From NCBI GenBank assembly GCA_052039245.1, contig JBQGDU010000105.1:1-39470 (forward strand): a stretch of DNA of 39,470 bases. The letters run 5' to 3'. The stretch comes from Aeromicrobium sp. GTDB lineage: Bacteria > Actinomycetota > Actinomycetes > Propionibacteriales > Nocardioidaceae. Position 1 is the first letter of the stretch. Every line of letters begins with the position of its first letter. Below the pieces are notes generated by a model. It worked only from the letters and a program-made list of their open reading frames with translations, searched no databases and had not been told where the DNA came from. Position numbers and translations under genes: made by a program. This document shows positions 35,268 through 39,470 of this stretch, piece after piece.

Positions 35268-35831
35268 CTAGCGTGCGCCGACGACGTCGTAGCGCGCCAC
35301 GACGAACGCACCGTTGCGGTCGAGGTCCCTCAGGGTGAGGTCGAAGGCGCCGTCGAGGAGCGGACGGCCGGCGCCGAGCGTGACCGGTGCGACGGAGACC
35401 TCCACCTCATCGAGCAGACCCGCCGCCGCGAAGTCCGCCGCGAGCCGGCCCCCTCCGACGAGCCAGACCGTGCCGTCGCCGGCGGCCTGCGCGATGAGCG
35501 GCCACAGCTCCTCAGGGTCACCGGAGACGACGCGGACGGAGTCCACGACGGGCGCGAGGTCGCGGTGGCTGAACACGAACGTCGGCACCTCGTACGGCCA
35601 CGGTTCCCCCGCCGCGGCGAGGTGGTCGACGACCCAGGCGTAGGTGGTCGCGCCCATGACGAGCGCGCCGACACCCTGGGTGATCGAGTCGACCCCGCCC
35701 GCGCCGTCCGGGTCGTGCTCCTGCTCGAAGAGCCAGTCCAGGCTGTCGTCCTCGGTGGCGATGAAGCCGTCCAGCGTCGTCGCGGTGACGTACCGGCACG
35801 TGGGCCGGTACGTGTCGGTCGGGTCCGTCAT
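35268..35831 (-). CDS. Dihydrofolate reductase family (RibD C-terminal) protein
   Basis: ATTLDGFIA...LDWLF, LVMGATTY, VWLVGGG, GLLDEV...APVTLGAG.PL; ATGA overlap with the AraC stop. Confidence 0.9.
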   Translation of the reverse strand: MTDPTDTYRPTCRYVTATTLDGFIATEDDSLDWLFEQEHDPDGAGGVDSITQGVGALVMGATTYAWVVDHLAAAGEPWPYEVPTFVFSHRDLAPVVDSVRVVSGDPEELWPLIAQAAGDGTVWLVGGGRLAADFAAAGLLDEVEVSVAPVTLGAGRPLLDGAFDLTLRDLDRNGAFVVARYDVVGAR

Positions 35832-36793
35832 CGGCGTTCTCCTGTCTGGCGTCGGTGCCACATGATGGGGTCGGGGTCGAGAGCCTCGCCGAGGTCGGCC
35901 CCGGCCTCGCGCAGCATCCACCGCGCGAGCTGTCGTCGGTGGCTGCTGAAGGTCAGGTCGTGCGCCACGATCTGGCCGAGCTGGAACGACTCCGGAGGCT
36001 CGCACAGCGCGTCGACGATCCAGTCGCCCCACGCGCCGCGCCGCTCGACGTCGCGCACCCAGCCGAGCCACGTCGCAGCGGTCCGCTCGAACCGGTCGGC
36101 GAGCCCGACCCCGCCCCCGAGGTGGTCCTGCTGCCCCGTCTCCTGCCCCTGCACCGTCGCCGACCCCAGAACGGCCTCCAGCCACGGCCTCTTGCTGCCC
36201 GCGAGGTGGTCCAGGACCTCACGGAGCGTCTCGTCGGGGCCGGCCCACTCCAGGGCCACGTGACCAGGCAGCCGTCGAGCGTCGAGGACCTCGGCCGGTA
36301 CCGATGCGGCGGCCGCCAGCAGTGCTCGCACGTCGGCGACGTCGTGGCGCACGAGCATGCTCAGCACGTCACCGGCGGGGCGTTCTCCGTCCGCGTCGTC
36401 CTCGATGTAGAGCACGGTCGGCCCGTGGAAGTGGACGCCGTTGGGTGACGGCAACCAGTGACCGCGCGACCCCGCGTCCGGCATCGCACTCGGCGGGTGG
36501 CCGTACGCCCGGGCGAACGCGCGGCCGAACCCCTCCACGGACTCGAACCCGGCACCGAACGCGGCGTCGGTCACCGAGGCGCCCCGCTGCAGCTGCCACG
36601 CGGCGCGCTCCAGCAGCACCCGTCGCCGCAGGCTGACAGGAGGCTCGCCCGTCGCACCCTGCACGCGGCGGCTCAGGTGGAACGGGGAGGAGTAGGCCTC
36701 GGCGGCCATGCTCGTCAGGTCGCGCGCGGCGTCGTCGAGCACGGCGTCGAGGAGCTCGCGGAGCCTGTCACGCCCGTGGTCGGCCTGGTCCAT
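35828..36793 (-). CDS. AraC family regulator with N-terminal HTH and C-terminal DinB-like domain
   Basis: AYSSPFHLSR...RRRVLLERAAWQL...VTDAAFGAGFESVEGFGRAFARAYG.PPS; C-terminal IVAHDLTFSSHRRQ. Confidence 0.85.
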   Translation of the reverse strand: MDQADHGRDRLRELLDAVLDDAARDLTSMAAEAYSSPFHLSRRVQGATGEPPVSLRRRVLLERAAWQLQRGASVTDAAFGAGFESVEGFGRAFARAYGHPPSAMPDAGSRGHWLPSPNGVHFHGPTVLYIEDDADGERPAGDVLSMLVRHDVADVRALLAAAASVPAEVLDARRLPGHVALEWAGPDETLREVLDHLAGSKRPWLEAVLGSATVQGQETGQQDHLGGGVGLADRFERTAATWLGWVRDVERRGAWGDWIVDALCEPPESFQLGQIVAHDLTFSSHRRQLARWMLREAGADLGEALDPDPIMWHRRQTGERR

Positions 36794-36891
36794 GCGTCCA
36801 GTGTGGGCCGTCCACGGCTCCGGCCGCTTGACCGTTCTTGCTCTCCGTCCGGCCCTTCCCGTCCGGCTGGGCCGGTCGTACCGTAAGAGGC

Positions 36892-37164
36892 ATGTGCCGC
36901 AACATCAGGACGCTCCACAACTTCGAGCCCGCCGCCACGAACGACGAGGTGCACGCCGCGGCGTTGCAGTACGTCCGCAAGATCGCCGGCACCACCAAGC
37001 CGTCGAGAGCCAACCAGGAGGTCTTCGACCGCGCCGTCGAGGACATCGCGCACCTCACGCGACACCTCGTCGACGAGCTCGTCACCCACGCGCCGCCCAA
37101 GGACCGTGAGACCGAGGCGGCCAAGGCCAAGGCGCGCGCGGCCAAGCGCTACGCGACGGCCTGA
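36892..37164 (+). CDS. DUF2277 domain protein
   Basis: MCRNIRTLHNFEPAATNDEVHAAALQYVRKI signature. Confidence 0.88.
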   Translation: MCRNIRTLHNFEPAATNDEVHAAALQYVRKIAGTTKPSRANQEVFDRAVEDIAHLTRHLVDELVTHAPPKDRETEAAKAKARAAKRYATA

Positions 37165-37181
37165 GACCGGGCGTCGAGTCC

Positions 37182-37802
37182 TCAGGTCCAGGTGTCCCCG
37201 GCCGCGGTGACCGTGCCGCGACCCGACGTGACGGCCGCGACCTCCGCGGTGGCCGTCTCCACCACGGACGGTGCGACCGCGAGGCGCAGCCGCACCTGCT
37301 GGCCGTAGTCGACGTCGACCACGTCCCAGTGCTCGCGCAGGCGGTGCTCCACCTGGCCGATGATCCCCACCGGGACGGTGACGTCGAGGAGCTCGCGACG
37401 CCACCGCTCGCTCGTCCCGGCCTCGTCGAGCGCGAGGGCCGTGGCGTCGCCGTAGGCGCGCACCAGCCCGCCGACGCCCAGCAGCGTTCCGCCGAAGTAG
37501 CGCGTCACGACGGCGACGACGTCGCTCAGGCCGCGGCCGGTGAGCATCTCGAGCATCGGGCGGCCGGCCGACCCCGACGGCTCACCGTCGTCGTTGGAAC
37601 GCCTGATCCGTGCGTCCGGTCCCAGCACGAGGGCCGTGCAGTGGTGTCGGGCCGACGAGTGCTCGCCACGGACCCGCTGGACGACCGACCGCGCCTCGTC
37701 CTCCGTACCCGCGGGAGCCACGTGCGCGACGAACCGCGAACGGCTGACCTCGATCTCGGCGTCGCCCGTCCGAGCAGGCGTCAGGTAGGAGTCGGCACTC
37801 AG
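37182..37802 (-). CDS. yigZ: YigZ/IMPACT family protein (probable CTG start)
   Basis: ARHHCTA, SNDDGEPSGSAGRPML, VVTRYFGGTLLGVGGLVRAY. The conserved N-terminus YLTP...EIEVSRSRFVA lies upstream of the called GTG 37721. Confidence 0.88.
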   Translation of the reverse strand: MSADSYLTPARTGDAEIEVSRSRFVAHVAPAGTEDEARSVVQRVRGEHSSARHHCTALVLGPDARIRRSNDDGEPSGSAGRPMLEMLTGRGLSDVVAVVTRYFGGTLLGVGGLVRAYGDATALALDEAGTSERWRRELLDVTVPVGIIGQVEHRLREHWDVVDVDYGQQVRLRLAVAPSVVETATAEVAAVTSGRGTVTAAGDTWT

Positions 37803-38563
37803 GAGCGTCGCAGCTCCAGGAAGATGCTCGGACCGAAGTCCTTCTTGGCCAGCCGCTCCTGCAGCGCCTTCTCCACCGTCACCATCAGACCGGTGGGCAG
37901 CGCCTTCTTGAGCCGCTCGCTGCGCAGGTTGGAGACCGAGAGCTTGCGCTGCAGGACCAGCCCGGCCTCGGCGAGCTGGCTCACGACGGTGTCGACGTTG
38001 TGGTTGACGAACGCGATGGCGTCCGGCTCGTCGGCCTTCTGGGTGCGGATGCTGACCGGCTCGGTGGGCAGCTGCCGACCCTCCTTCTTGAACTGCCGGC
38101 GGTTCTTGAAGTGCCCGTAGTTGGCCACCTCGATGAGCGCCGTGCCGCCCGGCTTGAGCACGCGGGCGATCTCGGCGAACTCCTTGGACGGCTCGGGGAT
38201 GTGGTGCATGACGCGCACCATCGTCAGGAGGTCGAGCGAGGCGTCATCGAGCTTGATGTCGTCGGCCTGGGTCTGGATCTTCTCGATGTCGGTGCCGGCG
38301 AGCACCTCCTCGGCGGCCTCCAGCTGCGTCAGGCTGGGCTCGGCGAGGGTGACGTGGTCGGCGTACTCGCGGAGCAGGATGCAGAGACGACCGAAGCCAC
38401 CCCCGACGTCCGCGGCTGCGGCGAAGCGACGACCGTCCAGGAGCCGCCGGATGGCGGCCTCCTCGGCAGCGTGCTCGTAGTCGCGGTTGTCCCAGTACTT
38501 GGTGTAGTCGTACCCGCGGTCGTACTGGTCCGCGACCTTCTTGGAGGGCTTCTCGTCAGTCAC
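37799..38563 (-). CDS. Class I SAM-dependent methyltransferase
   Basis: ADVGGGFGRL, DLLTMVRVMHHI, EIARVLKPGG. Confidence 0.9.
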   Translation of the reverse strand: MTDEKPSKKVADQYDRGYDYTKYWDNRDYEHAAEEAAIRRLLDGRRFAAAADVGGGFGRLCILLREYADHVTLAEPSLTQLEAAEEVLAGTDIEKIQTQADDIKLDDASLDLLTMVRVMHHIPEPSKEFAEIARVLKPGGTALIEVANYGHFKNRRQFKKEGRQLPTEPVSIRTQKADEPDAIAFVNHNVDTVVSQLAEAGLVLQRKLSVSNLRSERLKKALPTGLMVTVEKALQERLAKKDFGPSIFLELRRS

Positions 38564-38618
38564 CGCGCCAGCCTAACAACGCCCTGCGGCTGCTCAGCGC
38601 CCGAAGGTGTGGCGCTGG

Positions 38619-39425
38619 TCATCGACCGAAGGTCCGGGGGCCGAAGACCGGCGGCTCCTTCCTGAGCCCGGCCTTGCGCGCCGCCGTGGTGTTGGGCGAG
38701 CGGAACATCCGCAGCTGGTAGAGCCGCTCCCGCCGGAAGGCACCGGCGAGCGAGCCCAGCCGGACACCGTTGAGGAGCCTCTTGCCCGCGGCCACGGAGT
38801 CCGGTGAACGCTCCAGCAGGACGTCGATGAGCTCCTGCGCGGGCTTCATCGGGTCGTCGGCGACATCGGTGACCAGGCCGACCTCGGCCGCCTCGCGGCC
38901 GGAGAGCACCTCACCGGTGAGCACGAGCCGCTTGGCGACGTCCGCTCGGACCACCTCGCTCAGCGGGACAGTCCCGCTCATGTCCGGCACCAGACCCCAC
39001 TTGGCCTCCAGGACCGACCACCGGCAGTCCGGCGTCGAGAAACGGAAGTCGGCGGCGAGCGCGAGCTGGATGCCGGCGCCGAAGACATGCCCCCGGGTGA
39101 CGGCGATGACCGGGACGGGCAGCTCGCGCCACACCCACAGCGCCTGCTGGAAGGTGTTGGTGCGGCGCCACGGCGGCGTGAGGAAGAACCGCGCCACCCG
39201 CGCCTTGTCCTTGCCCGCCTCGGCGAAGTCGAGGCCGGAGCAGAACGAGGGCCCCTCCCCCTCGAGCACGACGACACGGACGTCACGGTCGGCGCGGATC
39301 GTCGCCGCGGCGTCGAGCAGGCCCTGCAACATCTCCAGGGTGACGCCGTTGAGCTTGTCGGGGCGGTTGAGCCTGACACGCGCGACGGCTCCGTCGATCG
39401 TGGTCAGCACGTGGGGTTCGGCCAT
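38619..39425 (-). CDS. Crotonase/enoyl-CoA hydratase family protein
   Basis: LNRPDKLNG, FCSGLDF, FGAGIQLALAADFR, EAKWGLVPDMSG. Confidence 0.93.
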   Translation of the reverse strand: MAEPHVLTTIDGAVARVRLNRPDKLNGVTLEMLQGLLDAAATIRADRDVRVVVLEGEGPSFCSGLDFAEAGKDKARVARFFLTPPWRRTNTFQQALWVWRELPVPVIAVTRGHVFGAGIQLALAADFRFSTPDCRWSVLEAKWGLVPDMSGTVPLSEVVRADVAKRLVLTGEVLSGREAAEVGLVTDVADDPMKPAQELIDVLLERSPDSVAAGKRLLNGVRLGSLAGAFRRERLYQLRMFRSPNTTAARKAGLRKEPPVFGPRTFGR

Positions 39426-39470
39426 GACGCCAGGTTACCCCCCAGTAGCCGTCACGTGACGCGGTCCAGC

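Noticed and set aside
35005-35271. 88-aa ORF in the glpQ-DHFR gap
   Set aside because: It arises from the G-rich low-complexity tract; no SD or promoter and no recognisable domain
1-39470. CRISPR array, tRNA/rRNA, transposase, integrase, prophage or defence system
   Set aside because: No regularly spaced repeats, cloverleaf-like segments or matching protein motifs were seen by eye; cmscan or DefenseFinder would be needed to exclude them formally

Overview
High-GC actinobacterial chromosomal window (genus not determinable from sequence alone) with about 36 protein-coding genes. I found no rRNA, tRNA, CRISPR array, IS element or prophage. From left to right: an NCS1 nucleobase permease (partial), a DUF5926 protein, an anti-sigma-type ATP-binding protein, rhodanese, HU, aat, an APH-like kinase and EcsC. 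Next are an MFS-MerR pair (the MerR gene is interrupted by an in-frame TAG), and an XRE-cupin regulator divergent from a fused TrxB-like dithiol oxidoreductase/SAM methyltransferase. These are followed by a leucine/methylcrotonyl-CoA catabolic operon with a GTTAA-N6-TTAAC operator and its TetR, and a stand-alone FMN glutamate-synthase-family gene. The centre holds a ~13.6 kb GntR-linked catabolic cluster: MFS, KGSADH-type ALDH, DapA-like aldolase, DhaK-DhaL kinase, FMN 2-hydroxyacid dehydrogenase, sugar ABC transporter, GntR and a GlcD-like FAD oxidoreductase. Its promoters share a CTGAT-type motif, and it is the best candidate for an undescribed pathway. The right end has an LfrA-like efflux pump with TetR, glpQ with PHO boxes, an AraC-DinB/DHFR-like pair, DUF2277, yigZ (probable CTG start), a methyltransferase and a crotonase. 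Many genes look leaderless. All family calls come from recognising motifs by eye, not from database searches.
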